Positions 39,457 to 52,500 are shown, numbered from the whole stretch's first letter. The stretch: 62,760 bases of DNA, filler included, from Gonapodya sp. JEL0774 (GCA_027604505.1; 14 parts of 14 records of this genome joined end to end with filler, not necessarily neighbours in it); one strand, 5' to 3'. Notes: generated by a model from the sequence alone, not told the origin. Made by a program: numbers and translations.

Positions 39457-40367
39457 TTAAAGTGACAATGCCAAAGTGTGTCTTAGTTGGTACACCAAAT
39501 TCTTCAAATCTCCAATCGATCTCTGCCTGTCTTCAACAAAAGCTGCACCATAAGAGATAACATCCCTGAACTGGTCGTACTCAGGGTACTGCTTTGGCAG
39601 GGCTAATAACATTCCAACTAACTTTGTCTGCTCCATGACTCTCTGTATGGGGTCTGCACCATTTGCCCGAGTTATTATGAAAGCTCCAACAACTTTGCAG
39701 AACAGCCGAAATGCTGGGCTCATTTCAGACTTAGAACCCAGACCTACACTCCCTAACAGACCAGAGCTGTCTTTGTCTTGGCCCAGTACAAGCATTGCAG
39801 CTCCAATTCTATCAAGATTGGCAAAAAGAGGGCACTTTTCAGGTCCAACAGCCAAAACTTCCTCTTCTAATCTCTCTGAAAAACACACAATGAGTGGAAT
39901 ATAATGAACCTCTCTCCCTGCTGTTGGCTTCATCTTCTCAATTGAAAGTGCAATCCATTTGTCCCAGAACTGTTGCTGATCAATTTCAGCACTTTCCTTG
40001 AACCCTTGGAGTGCACTAGCATAGAGTGTGAGTGGGCATGATTGTCTCACACACTGTTGAAGAAAGCTATCGTGATCAATTCCTGGTGTTACTAAGTGCC
40101 CGGACACCACATCCCAAGAATGTCCCTGTTGTAATGCATTTGAAATTGCAAACTCACAAAAGCCTGCGAGGTCTTCAAAGGATGCTATTGATTTGCAGCA
40201 GCACTGAAGTACCGTAAGAGGAGCTTTACATCCTTGAATTGCCAATGACAGACCCTTAATAAGATCTGAATGGATTCTGCTATCTTTCAAGCACTTGTTC
40301 TGCAATGAAAACAACAGCCCCAAGCACTCCCAAGCTGGTGATGATCCATAAACAGACTCAGTGATCG
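39457..40367 (-). CDS. EPG5: C-terminus of EPG5-like autophagy tethering factor (5' truncated)
   Basis: CKSIAS..LA..CE..I, W..V...L..P.....FLQQC......LTLY and SSGLLGSVGLGSKSEMSPAFRLFCKVVGAFI parallel the C-terminus of animal EPG5 as recalled. Confidence 0.8.
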
Positions 40368-40604
40368 NNNNNNNNNNNNNNNNNNNNNNNNNNNNNNNNN
40401 NNNNNNNNNNNTTAATTAATTAANNNNNNNNNNNNNNNNNNNNNNNNNNNNNNNNNNNNNNNNNNNNGGTGTAATGCATATGCTTTGAAGAAACGCGTGC
40501 GGAGAATGCCCGCCATTTTCTGGAATGTTTTGGGTTGGTTCAATACTGTGGTCACGCGGCAAGGAGGGTTGACATTATCATCCACTCGCTCAATTCTTCG
40601 CATC

Positions 40605-41462
40605 ATGATTTCGCTCTCGTACACGCTTCTTTCCGCTCTTTATCGGTCACTTGTGTTGTCATTTTGCTTCATGGCCGCTCCCGTGTTTCGAGAATTGTGA
40701 ATTTCTGAAGTTCATGAATCACTCGACGGTTATGCACGTTTTCCAAAACTCCTCGCTCATAGCAAAGTACGTGTGGTGAGCTATGTCGCGAGGACTCCGT
40801 GGTTCCACACTGCGGTGTACGTGCTTGCTTCAACTGTCTTGATTTCGTGGTTTGGTGAGCATTCAATCTCCCGGCCGTTTGATTCTTCTGAGTCACCTCT
40901 TGTAATGTATTCGGATTGTCGGATTGTCGCATTGTCTTCCAGATGCATTTCAAGTTACGGTCCTCCATCCCCCGATTCCCCAAGGTGCTACTGACGTGGG
41001 AAAAACAGGGTTCTCGAGAGCTTCGCATCCGCTTGCGGAAGCTGTTGGGGGTGTTGCTGGGGCGGCCATAGCAGACGCCGCAGCTGGATCAATTCCAAGT
41101 TTAACTCAAAGTGGAGCGCTCGGACAGGACCTTGACGATAACCCAAAATAGTGAGTTTGATGACCGTTACAACTGCACTCACTCTTCGAACCTTTTACTC
41201 ATACAACGTTCGAACCGGCCTCCGTGGCCAGCGTAACTTCTGGCTTTCAACGTCGGTCTTCCTACTCGTACTTGCCAACTCTGGCGCTGCCCTCAACACC
41301 CGTGAGATCGTGGCTATGCAACGAGTTGCTACAGATGTGGGAACCGGAGACGAGGTAGAGAGAGCGGCAAAGACAGCGAGAAAGGTGATGACAGTGGAAG
41401 CTGTCACTGGGATGGATGCGCAGGATCGACTGGCGTCAGTGAGCGGGGCGAATGACCGGTGA
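40605..41462 (+). CDS. BAP31/Yet-like small ER membrane protein (spliced)
   Basis: N-terminal TM MISLSYTLLSALYRSLVLSFCFMAAP, second TM, and RGQRNFWLS..FLL resembling the BAP31 RAQRNxYxxGF motif. Confidence 0.45.
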
Positions 41463-41765
41463 GAGCTCTGCGTTAGAGACGGGGCCCATAATGTCGATTC
41501 CCTTAGCTTGGCTCCTCTATAGGGACAAGAAAAGAGAGGAGTAAAGAGTGTTCTGGATTCTGGCACATAGAGATCAACGAGCATTTGTGGGTTTCCGATT
41601 GATGGATATTCATGATGATATTGTACTTGTTTTTGCAGTCTGATTTTCGATACGAGCGCTGTCGTTCTAAGAATACAAGATTTATCTAGAAAATGCGTTG
41701 AATTTTTGACAATAATGGAACAGTTTAAGTTCCTGTGATCTGTACTCCTGGTTCTCACCCCCTGT

Positions 41766-42778
41766 TCACGTCCTGTCCTTCTCCACCTCTCCACCCCATA
41801 TCAGCCCCTTTAATCTCCTCTCCACATGTCCCAAACCTATCGCATCCAGCCCAAAGTACGCGATATCCTTCACCCTCCTCGCACTCTCTCCCACCTGCTT
41901 GGCCTCCTTGTCCGTCGTGAGCGTCATGGACAATACCACCCTCAGACCCGGTTGGATCATGGGAGTTGCCCTGTGGAATACAGAATCTCCTTCAAAGATG
42001 ACGAGGTCTCCTTCTTGGAGGTCGAGTGAGCGGGGGAGTGGCGCCGACCCGTCAGATTGCGGGATGAGGAACTCGTACCGCGTGGTTGAGTTGTGGACTG
42101 CAATGGGGACTAGGACTGTAAAGTGACGGCCTTTGTCTGTTTTGGAAGTAGTGTTCCGATGAGAAATGATTCTCTGTGGACTGTGATAATGAATTGGGCG
42201 GCCGCAGTGATTGCTTTATCACTTACAAAAGTTGTTATCGTAATGCCATTCGATATGATCCCCCTCCTTTTCATACACCAGCACTGATGCACTAGACATA
42301 TCGTTCTCTGCCGTCGGGTACAGAGGACGAACACCGGACGCTTGCTCGGCGGCTGCCCTCACCTCTGTTTTGTAGAACTCGATTGCAGACGGAGCAAGTC
42401 TTTGAAGGTCAGAATATGAAATCGAGGCACCGGATTTGAAGGAAGGGAAGTGGTAACGGACCTGGGACGAAAAATCGTGAGTGAATGTATTTGGACGTTC
42501 GAACTTGGCCCATGAAACTCGCTGGCGCCGGCAATGCTTACCCTCGTGGGCAAGCAGTCCATCACCTCTCTTTTCACAGCATCCGGAACTTTGAAGCCAT
42601 TCAGAATCGTAGGCGTAACTGATCCAGGCCTTGATGATCGCGCAGGGTCGAAGAACGCAGAAGCGAAGAATCTTAAAATTGGGGACCGGGAGAAGGTGCG
42701 CTCAAGCATGCAGACAGCCAAGACTATGATCGAAGAGAAAAAGAAAGTAGCCTGGAGGAGGAATTGGAGAAGGTACAT
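41766..42778 (-). CDS. 2OG-Fe(II) oxygenase (spliced; 5' end unresolved)
   Basis: Spliced translation LVYEKEGDHIEWHYDNNFYKGRHFTVLVPI...GDLVIFEGDSVFHRATP...RVVLSMTL gives HxD..H..RxxxS. Confidence 0.85.
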
Positions 42779-43171
42779 CTGGGGTCACGTGTTGGGCACG
42801 CGCCAGCGCTGAGATCGGACAATCAAAGGCCCCAAAACCAACCCTTGTTGGCTAATGTATAATTCGTCAAGGAATCACCGGTCCGTGTTCTTTGGAAGCA
42901 CAACTGTGTTTATTGCCTTCTTTTATGTACGTCTGTCCGTTGTTCTGTGTGTGCTGAAGTGACACCATATGATCTCGAGCAGTACATTCTATTCCCACTC
43001 ACGTCACAGAGTATGATCTATTATGATAACCGGTCGATTACCACGGTTGTCTTGGAAAACATCAACCATCATAAAACCTTCTAGCAGCTTCATCACTTGT
43101 AATGTCCAGAATATCTATAAATGTGAGACGTTGTATCGAAGATATTGCAACACAATGAATGCGGTCATTTT

Positions 43172-44849
43172 CTAGTCTACTTGTGGTATCAAAGTGAGCT
43201 CTGCTCGAATAATTTCCAAACTGGTGTCAACGACTTCCACGCCGATAGCTCGGTCTGCATAGTCTGACGCAACGTCCCCCATGACAAGTGCATTCTCTAG
43301 ATCACTTCCAACGTTCAGGCTGAGCAACGATGATGAACTTGTCCCCGTTGTAACAGCGAACATCCTCCAAACCACAGACGCGGACTTGTCGGCAACCCAC
43401 TCGACCACGGGGTCACCGATGCCTGAGGAAACGTCCTGATTTAAGATCAAATTGTGCAGTCGCTCGATGAGCCGCGCAGCAGCTGAGGGATATTTCCGCC
43501 AAGGAATGAAGCTGAGATCGCCGCGAAGATGGGAATACTTGAGATCAAAGAACCTACCAGCTGCCCGCACTGCTCCAGTAGACTTTAATGCTACTGTCAC
43601 GGTACTGACATGTCTCCGAGTCTGGTCAAGAAGCTGTATTAACACCGGTTCTGGTTCTGAGGATGACAGATTGCGACAGCGAAGGGCTTCCTTCAAGGTG
43701 AACAGGAGGGGAATAAAGGCGATACCAACTGATGGAGTACGCGCATGCAACCACAATCTCAGTTGTAGCAGGTGCCGATCAAAATTGAAGATTTAACTCA
43801 CGAAGGAAACTCCAACCAGAAAATGCGAGTTCCAATAACTGTTCCAGGCCATACAACGTTGTGAATTGGTCGAGTGCGGTGATAGCACTTCTCACGTGAT
43901 CTAAAGAGAGTACAAATGCTGGACTTGCGATCCATGTTCCTACAATGGTTGGGACATTCCTGTTCCCGGACCACTGGAACGTTGTGGAACTCTCCATTTG
44001 TGAGAAGACCGAGGAAGTTTCCGGCGAGTTCCAAAAGCCCCACAAACAATGGTACTGAATGTAAAGGGCCAGCGCCCATGGCGTGTGAACGATCCTGGGA
44101 TCTGGGCCTCCTACATCTGCGGAATGGGACGTGTACGGGAGACAAAGAAGGGCCGAGAATCGTGCGTACCATGTGCACAGAGCACGCGTGACCACGACAT
44201 GCTTTTGGTCAGATGGTTGCATGCGCTACAATGATAAAACAAAGAGAGCGACGTTTAATCTACAACACCCTCACCACCGATGGCCAATTCGACTCACGTA
44301 TGTGAGAACAAGACCAAAGCAATGCACGTTTAGCGCAATGGAGAGTGAAAGGGCTCCCAAAGTGCCTTGGCATGCTGTAATCTCGAGAGGCCACAGTGTG
44401 GAATCGAAAAAGGTGAGTGGAGTAGATGCGGTCGTTGGTGTTCGCAGGTCAGGAACAACGAATGCGGGGTTGACAATGTCAGGGCCTGGTGACCACAGGC
44501 GTTCGTGGTAGGGGCTGTTTTGTCAGAGGGTGTGAGCGAATAAAATTCACAGTGTTGGGCTACAAAATGCTGATGACCCACAGAGGGAGAAGATCCAACT
44601 CTTGGTTGGGTACGAGGCATGCCTGTGCACCACCAGCTGCAATCATTCTGTCAAAGTAACACACAAACCAAATGGTCCGTCGTCGTTCTTCTTCCACAAT
44701 CCAGTCGTTGCACGGTTTTGAGTTACCGCTGACGGTTTGGGAGGTAAAGCGCCTTGTGTGAGTGTCTGCACCTGCAAGCATGGAGCGCACGACCCTAGCA
44801 CATTCAGCTAGCACAGCTGCGATTGGATCGAGATAGATTTCGGGCAGCA
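43172..44849 (-). CDS. Fungal-specific transcription factor (Zn2Cys6-type middle homology region), 5' truncated, spliced
   Basis: WIVEEERRRTIWFVCYFDR is the Fungal_trans MHR motif. Confidence 0.75.
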
Positions 44850-44989
44850 NNNNNNNNNNNNNNNNNNNNNNNNNNNNNNNNNNNNNNNNNNNNTTAATTA
44901 ATTAANNNNNNNNNNNNNNNNNNNNNNNNNNNNNNNNNNNNNNNNNNNNTGCCACCCACCCGCCACCCCACACCCAAGTCATGTATGCA

Positions 44990-45026
44990 CCCTAACCCTA
45001 ACCCTAACCCTAACCCTAACCCTAAC
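44990..45026 (+). repeat. (CCCTAA)6 telomere-like tract, interstitial
   Basis: Six perfect copies preceded by 40 nt of non-telomeric sequence. Confidence 0.95.
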
Positions 45027-45589
45027 GACAACTCCATAAGTCGACAAATTCATTCACGCTGATCGACAAAATGAGCGTGAATAACCCTAACACAATCCTA
45101 ACATAACCCTAAATCAACCCTTATCTGGAGATCTTAGGCTACACATTGTGAGTCCTTGGGGTGTGTTGTATGGTTCTGTGGTGTATTGTTCTCCTGCCTT
45201 AATGTTACCATGGGGAATAATTGTGTTGATACAAACTGATCTCTGAAGGTCTAGGAATCCCTTTCCTGGAGCCTAGGCATCCTTAATGACTAATCTATCC
45301 CAAACACAGGGACTTCGATGATGGAAAAGAGTGCAGTGTCAACAATTACTCATTATATCTCAGAACTATTGTTAAAGTCCTAACTTCCCCTCCCATGTAC
45401 ACCACATATCCCATATCTCACTTCTTTGGGGTTTTCATCCATCAGGAATCATGATTTGTGGTCTATTTGTTCCCAAGCTCTAAGCCCATGAGCAGATTGT
45501 CATTTTTTGCTTTTGACAGACTCATTTTACCTAAAGTCAATGAGCTTGCATTGTGGACCTTCCAATCTACCTGCATCGGAAACTTCTAA

Positions 45590-47150
45590 CCCTAACCCTT
45601 TTTGACTTGGGGTCTTTTACCCATATGGTTTTTTCCCTCTGGATAATTCCTCCTGGTGGATTTTACCAACTTCCTATCTTCAAATTGTGATTGATCAGTC
45701 TCTGTCATGTTGGTCTTGCAATCCATCACTCCACTCTTAATGTTATGCTGGTTCGAAAGGTGTCCTCTCTTGGTATTCTCAATGGTATTGTGCCTGGCAC
45801 TCACAAAATAGGTTAGGAGGATGCATCAGGATAAGGATAAGAATGTTCAGCCTCTGTCCCCAGCAAATAAAAATACCAATGTTGGTCATGTGCCTCTAAC
45901 ACCTGGCCTTGTTACTATTTTAGCTTGCTCTGTCACTGTTTTGGTTTGGCCTATACCTTCTGAAATGAGCAATCTATGTTTCCTGTCCATGCATTGACCA
46001 ATGACTTCTTGCGAAAGACATCAAGAAATCTTATCTTGATTTGAAGTGCCATCTTAAAGAGAGTGCAGCTGTGTGGTGCACTGGTGCACTTCTGTGATTT
46101 TTCGTTGGAGAAAATGCATATTGTTTCAGAATGACAAGGTTGCATTTTCTAGTTACATTCTCTCAATACCTTCTTCCATACTTTGCTAGTTGGTTGCATT
46201 TGACAGCCTGGCAGATCTTGCTGTAATCCCAGACGAATGGTCCCTTTGTTGGTATTGCCACAAGCAAGGTTTGTCCTCCAGTGATGATCCAAATGATGCA
46301 GACTTTCAGTGCCATTGGCTTGGTGATACTAATGTTGATGGATGTCATGTTCTTTGTTCCTTGCTCTGATATTCCATTGAGGTTACTTGTTTTCCTGTGC
46401 CATCAAGACAATTTAAGAGACATGGTTATTCCAATTGCAAAACCAATCAACTTCCAAACTGCAGGGTCTCTTGGAGGTACGTTTTCACTGGAACAGTCCT
46501 GAATGATGCTTGGAACATTGTTTTGCCAGGGGACTTGAGTTGTTCCAAGGGTGTCTGTAAACCTGGGTCCAGAAATTTTGCAGAAACCCCTCAGGAATTA
46601 AGTAGATTCCGGAGACAAGGACACAGCAGAACAGTGGGCCTTGTTTAACAAGGAAGGCAAGTAAGAGCTGCAGTCTGATTCTGTTGAGTAGACTAAGAAT
46701 GAGAACAAACTTGTTAGCTCTGAGGGGATATTGATGTGAAGTCTGACAAGTCAAGAAAGTAAGGCTAAGATCAAACAAGAGGAAATATGTAGCGGATTTT
46801 GTAGTTTGGTAAGGGTTTCAAAATGAGGTCAAATGAGTGGAATTCCTTGGCTCAGTGTCAGAGATGTTGAGTACTTGTCTTGAACCCCAATGACCCTGAT
46901 ACTTGGCTATGATTCTATTTAGGAATTTCTTTGTATGGTTCAAATACAAATACTTTTATAAGGTGGTGAAAATTGCTTGCGTAAGGAGAGGATATTGGTA
47001 AGCTACTTGAACTGCCATCCAATATCAGGAAATGTACTACAAAATGTCCACATCCACTGGTTGATGTATCATAATAGGCAGAACTCTTTCTTAAATATAA
47101 AGTGCCACCCGCCAATGTATGAAACAGTTTGTTTCATATAATACCCTTTG
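45590..47150 (-). mobile_element. Degenerate MULE-like transposase relic
   Basis: Broken frames give C..H (KQCSKHH) and NGTESLH../GQTLLVAI..KG...D...KYG, resembling fungal MULE C-terminal motifs. Strongly CpG-depleted with many stops. Confidence 0.35.
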
Positions 47151-47229
47151 ACAATTATTCTACACTCTTTACCCTATTTTGGAAACCAAAAGAACCAAAT
47201 GAGCACCAAAGAGCTGCAACCACCAATTT

Positions 47230-49328
47230 GAGACTTTGAAATGTGTGAATTTCCATGCAAAAAGCAACATTAGTGTGTGAAATGTATGAGTTTCAAATGT
47301 ATAGTGCCAACCTGAATAGTTTTCAATAGGAACCTATTGCTGCCCTACCACACTCCCTGCCTTCAACATTCACATGTATTGTGTTTGTGCAGATAATATA
47401 TTTGAATGTCTCTATGTCAAGTGTGTGCAGTAACAAGTTCAATGTGTGGGCATCACAAGTGCCCATCACAATTTTGCTTAAATGTGGAACGTTGCTTCAC
47501 TCCACTCCCATCTCACATGCAAATTACTTGGCTCCAAGTTCCTTTTGACAAGAAATGGAAGGTGTTAGGAGTTAAATATATGGAGGTACAATCCCAAAGT
47601 TTGGCATCAGGCACAATAAGCCATTTCAATTGGTCCCTATGGGATGATATTGATCCACTCCCAGCCAATAAAACTAACATTAGCATGTATTGTGCTTGTT
47701 TAGACAAGAAACTGGTTGTGTTAGTACGAAGAATGGATGGAGTTCCAACTTCAAACCCGCACCCACCAAAGAGAATTTCCTAACCAAATCTGTCAGAAAA
47801 GGATTGTCTCAGTTCACTATCATACACTCCATCCATGACATTGACACTTAGTCTACTGTCTCAGAGAAAAAATCAACCTGTCCAATAAGTGTTTTAAGTT
47901 GTGAAAACTAAAAGTCGGAGATTGTTCCAAATTTCAAGTTGATTCCAAAAACCCACCTTTCACAGAGGTAACTGTTGTTTACCTCTCAGTACAAACATCG
48001 TATTATGTAAATAGGGGGTTGGGAATGTTCCAGGCTGTTTGGAGAGGGTTGCAAGGCGTATCACAGACACAGGGTGAATTTGAAACATAGCAGGATCCAA
48101 TAGGAGTTTCAAAGCAGAGAACTTAAATTTGAACATAATGGTGATTGGTCGGAAAGGGAAAAGGTGGGTTTCAAATCTAGAATGTGCAGATTCACAAATG
48201 CAAAGTAAGTACCAACCACGCAAAGTCCCTTTGCATTTCTATCATCCCTGGTCTGGATACTAACACCATGAACAATTCTCACATCAATTTGAGTATAGCT
48301 TCTTTTGTGTGTGCAAGAAAATTTGGGATTCAATATGTAAAATGTGTGGAGTTCCAAATTCAAAGGATGTTCACCAAGTGCCCATCACAATTGGTCATCA
48401 TGCAATCATGCTAACCCACTCCAATGCAATCCAACATCAACGTTGGCATTTATTATGTTTATTTTGACAAGAAAATGCAAATATTATTATGCAAAATGTG
48501 TGGAGTTACAAATTCAAAGGTTGGCCCAAACCACACAAGTTCCCATCACAGTTGGTCACCATGGGATCATGCTAACCCAATCCCATGCAATGAAATATCA
48601 AACCCAGTATATAGTGTGTTGGTTTTGACGAGAAAATAGGGATGTTATTATGTAGAATGTGTGGAGTTACAAATTCAAAGAACCTGGCAATCAACACCAC
48701 CACCCATCACAATTAGCAACAGTCTGGGCATATTTCAACACTCCTAACACCTCTAGCATCAACATTGATATACATTGTGATGGTTTGAGCAAGAAAATGG
48801 GGCATTCTAAGTGTTTAAAGTGCCTAGTTACAAATTCAAAGTTTTGGACCCTTTTGCCAGTTTCGGCCCAAAAAGCCCCCTTTTCACAGGGGTAACTGTA
48901 CTTCCCCACTCACAAAAAACAATTTACCATATATGGGGAGTGTGTTGGGAGAGTTTGGGACAGTTTGGAGGGGGTCACACAATCGATTCACATTCACACA
49001 CCCCTAGTAGCGAAACAGTTCGTACTTAAGGGGACAAACTCAGGACTCATCCAATTTAAAAAATTCCTTCGGATCAGAGCTCTACTGATCCAATTGCATC
49101 TACCTTTGCATGGGTGCAGGGATCAGACGACTTTTGGTTCTGGCCCAACCCAAACCCGACATCCCTATGTACCCATTTCTGCCATTTGTTGGCTGGTTCA
49201 CAGCCCAAAACATTTCTCCCATCAATTTCAGTATAGATTCTGTTGGAGTGTGCAAGAAAATTGGTTTTTTAATATGTAAAATGTGTGGAGTTACAAATTC
49301 AAAGGTTGGCCCAAACCACACAAGTTCC
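47230..49328 (+). repeat. Diverged ~155-160-bp tandem repeat array with ~930-bp higher-order period
   Basis: Core aaatgtgtggagtt(a/c)caaattcaaag and variants at ~47420, 47575, 48180, 48340, 48494, 48655, 48817, 49279; tttcacag(a/g)ggtaactgt at 47958 and 48883. Confidence 0.85.
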
Positions 49329-49563
49329 NNNNNNNNNNNNNNNNNNNNNNNNNNNNNNNNNNNNNNNNNNNNTTAATTAATTAANNNNNNNNNNNNNNNN
49401 NNNNNNNNNNNNNNNNNNNNNNNNNNNNTTTTACGTTTTGTTCAACGTCGAATTCGTCTTCCGCCTTTGAAATTGGCATTGCGAATGTGTGTACCGGCAC
49501 ATCTTGTTTAGCCCACCACCGCAACCGCCGCGCAACCCGATCGCAACCACCAAAAACGTGGAG

Positions 49564-52500
49564 ATGGCAGCCGACGAGGAAGGAACTCCTCCCACCTCGC
49601 GCTACAATCTTCTCCCCAAAGACCAAGTGGCTGAGAAGAAGCTTGAACTGGGCAGCGGGAAAGGCCGATCTGCCTCCCATTCATTCCTATCTCTCTTTCG
49701 TTATGCGTCATCTTTCGATATGCTTCTCACATTTGTGGGACTTTTGTGTAGTGGCATCATGGGCTCTGTTTTCCCGGTCATGTCGCTCCTTTTGGGTGAG
49801 TCATTGGTGCGCATTTCTCTGAATACTGAGTTCGCCGCTCACAACTGAGAGCTGTAATGGTTTGTGACTGCGAAGGCAACATAACGGATGACGCGAATCA
49901 GAGTGCCGTTCGTGCTTCTACCATTGGTGGGATCGGCGGGAGTCCAGTGGAAAACTTACAACGCACCAGCACCATCCTTCTGGTCGTCATTGGTCTCGTA
50001 TCGTTTATCGCTGGATATGTCCAAAACATGTCGTTCGTTATAGCCAGTGAGAACCAAGCCCGCAGGATACGGACCTTGTATTTCGAGGCCATCCTGAGAG
50101 CAGAGCAGGATTGGTTCGATACTGCGATTCGAGACGCGCAAGCAGACGCCGAAGCGCGGAAGAAGGACCCAAATAGAAATCCGTGGGCAGGAGGGCGTGG
50201 TGGAGGGCGTGGTCGGGGTCCGGTGGAGGTGGCCGAACCCGTGGATTCGTCACCCACAGGTGCCTTCACGGCCCGACTTACATCGGACGTAGCACTCATT
50301 AAGGATGCAATTGGTGCGAAACTGGCAAGCATTGCTTCCAGTACAGTCACTGTTTTGGTTGCGCTCGCTATCGCTTTCTCGAAAGGATGGCAGTTTGCTC
50401 TTGTACTCTGCGGGACGGGCGTTCCCATCATCTTTATTATTAGTTTCTGGATGCATCGGAACATACGGAAGCGTGTGATTGCTGGTATGTCCAATCTTCG
50501 ATGTGTTGGTGGTTTATTGGGACGAGATCCACATCGACTCCTTTCCGCAGCACAAGATGCACAGGCAGATGCAGGGGCTATTGCGCAGGAAGTCATATCC
50601 AGCATAAGAACAGTTGCAGCATTTGGGAAGGAGGATCGGGAGGTCGAGCGATACGGGAAGAAAATCCAAGAGGCCGTCAAGCACGGCGAACAGAGGAGCT
50701 TCGTTGGAGGACTTGGCGTTGGTTCTATCATGCTGTTTACTTTCTGCTGTAAGTGGGAGATTTCAAGAACTCAGAATTTCAAGTGCGTCACGATCATATT
50801 CGTTGTCAGGTCTCGCTGGCTGCTTTTATTATATGGGTCAGTTGGTGCTGAATTCCAATTATACAGGCGGCCAAGCCACCACGGTATTCGTGTCCTCAAT
50901 TATGGCGGTCACCAGCTTCGGGTCGTTCGCTCCGACCCTGACTAGCATCAGCACAGCTGTTGGTGCCGCTCAGCGAATTTTTGGAACCATCGAGCGCAAA
51001 TCGGCAATCGATCCATTGTCGCACGATGGTAAATCAGTGATCCGCGATAACGTGAAAGGCCGAATTGAGTTTTCCGGGATTTCATTCGAGTATGCTGGGC
51101 GAAAGGACATTAGCGTGCTTCGTGATTTGAGTCTAGTTGTGGAAGCCGGTCGCATGACGGCAGTTGTCGGGGCGAGGTATGGAGCTCAGAACATTCGTTT
51201 ATGATCATTGTTTCTGAGCAGCGTGCATTCCGATCAATTAACATCAAGTGGGTCCGGCAAATCGACACTCACGCGCCTCGTGTTACGGCTTTACGATCCC
51301 ACAAACGGCGCTGTACTCCTCGACGGGGTCCCCTTGACTGACCTGAATGTCGCTTCTCTGCGCTCCGTGATATCGATAGTCCAACAAGAGCCTGTTTTGT
51401 TTAGCAAGAGCGTTCTCGAAAACGTATTGATGGGTCTTGCAGAGAGTGATAGGAGTCTAGACAAGGATGAACAGGAGAAACTCGTCAAACTCGCTCTTGA
51501 GCTGGCCAACGCAAACTTCGTCTTCGGATTGCCGGAAGGTTGGAACACACGTGAGTTTCCACGTTTCGGAAATGATCCTTGAGTGCTCAAGTCTTACGAA
51601 CATCTCCATTCTCAACAAAGTGGTTGGGGAACGTGGAATTCAGCTCAGCGGCGGAGAAAATCAGAGGTAGGTTCAAGTTTTCCCCTTGTCTGTCTTCTGC
51701 ACTAACCACGCTCTAACGATCTTGAAGAATTGCTATCGCACGAGCTATTGGTAAGTCTGCGTGATTACATTCCCATGCTTTCTCCTGTTTGGTGTCAACC
51801 ACTGGTGTTGTTTATCCATATCACGTTGTCCTTGGCCAGTATCGAATCCACCAATTCTACTTCTGGATGAAGCGTGAGTAAATCACTTTCTGGACTGCGT
51901 CTCTTTATTCTCTGCTTACTTCTGGTATTTGCAGGACCTCGGCCCTCGATACCCGGTCGGAACGGCTTGTTCAAGCTGCTCTGGACACTGCTTCACGTGA
52001 TCGAACTGTCCTCGTCATTGCGCACCGCCTTTCCACAATCAAGAATGCGGACTTGATCGTCGTTATGCAAGATGGTCAAATCGTTGAGCGAGGAACACAC
52101 AAAGAACTCATCGATCTTGGTGGGATGTACAAAAGTATGGTAGACAGACAGGATCTGCGAACTCTGGAGCACCCTCACGGGAACGGCGACGATCAGTCGC
52201 ATGAATCGACACCTGCTACGGGCAAAACCTCCGAGGGCACTGTTCTGGAACTGGGAACCGCATCTTCCTCTGATGGTCACAAAACAAATGGGGACGTCAA
52301 CAGCCGAGAGAAACGCATCGACTCCGATGAAGCCCAGTTTACCGAAAACAAGTACATGAAAAAACAAGCACCATGGGGTCGTGTTGCAAGGGAGAGCACC
52401 AAAGAATGGGTTTTCATCGTGGGCGGCGCGATTGGCTCCTTGCTAACTGGCTTCGTCTGGCCGGTAAGTTGACACGTTGCAGATCTGGAAACTGTGATCT

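Noticed and set aside
44990..45026. True chromosome end
   Set aside because: Only six units with non-telomeric sequence distal to them, so not demonstrably terminal.
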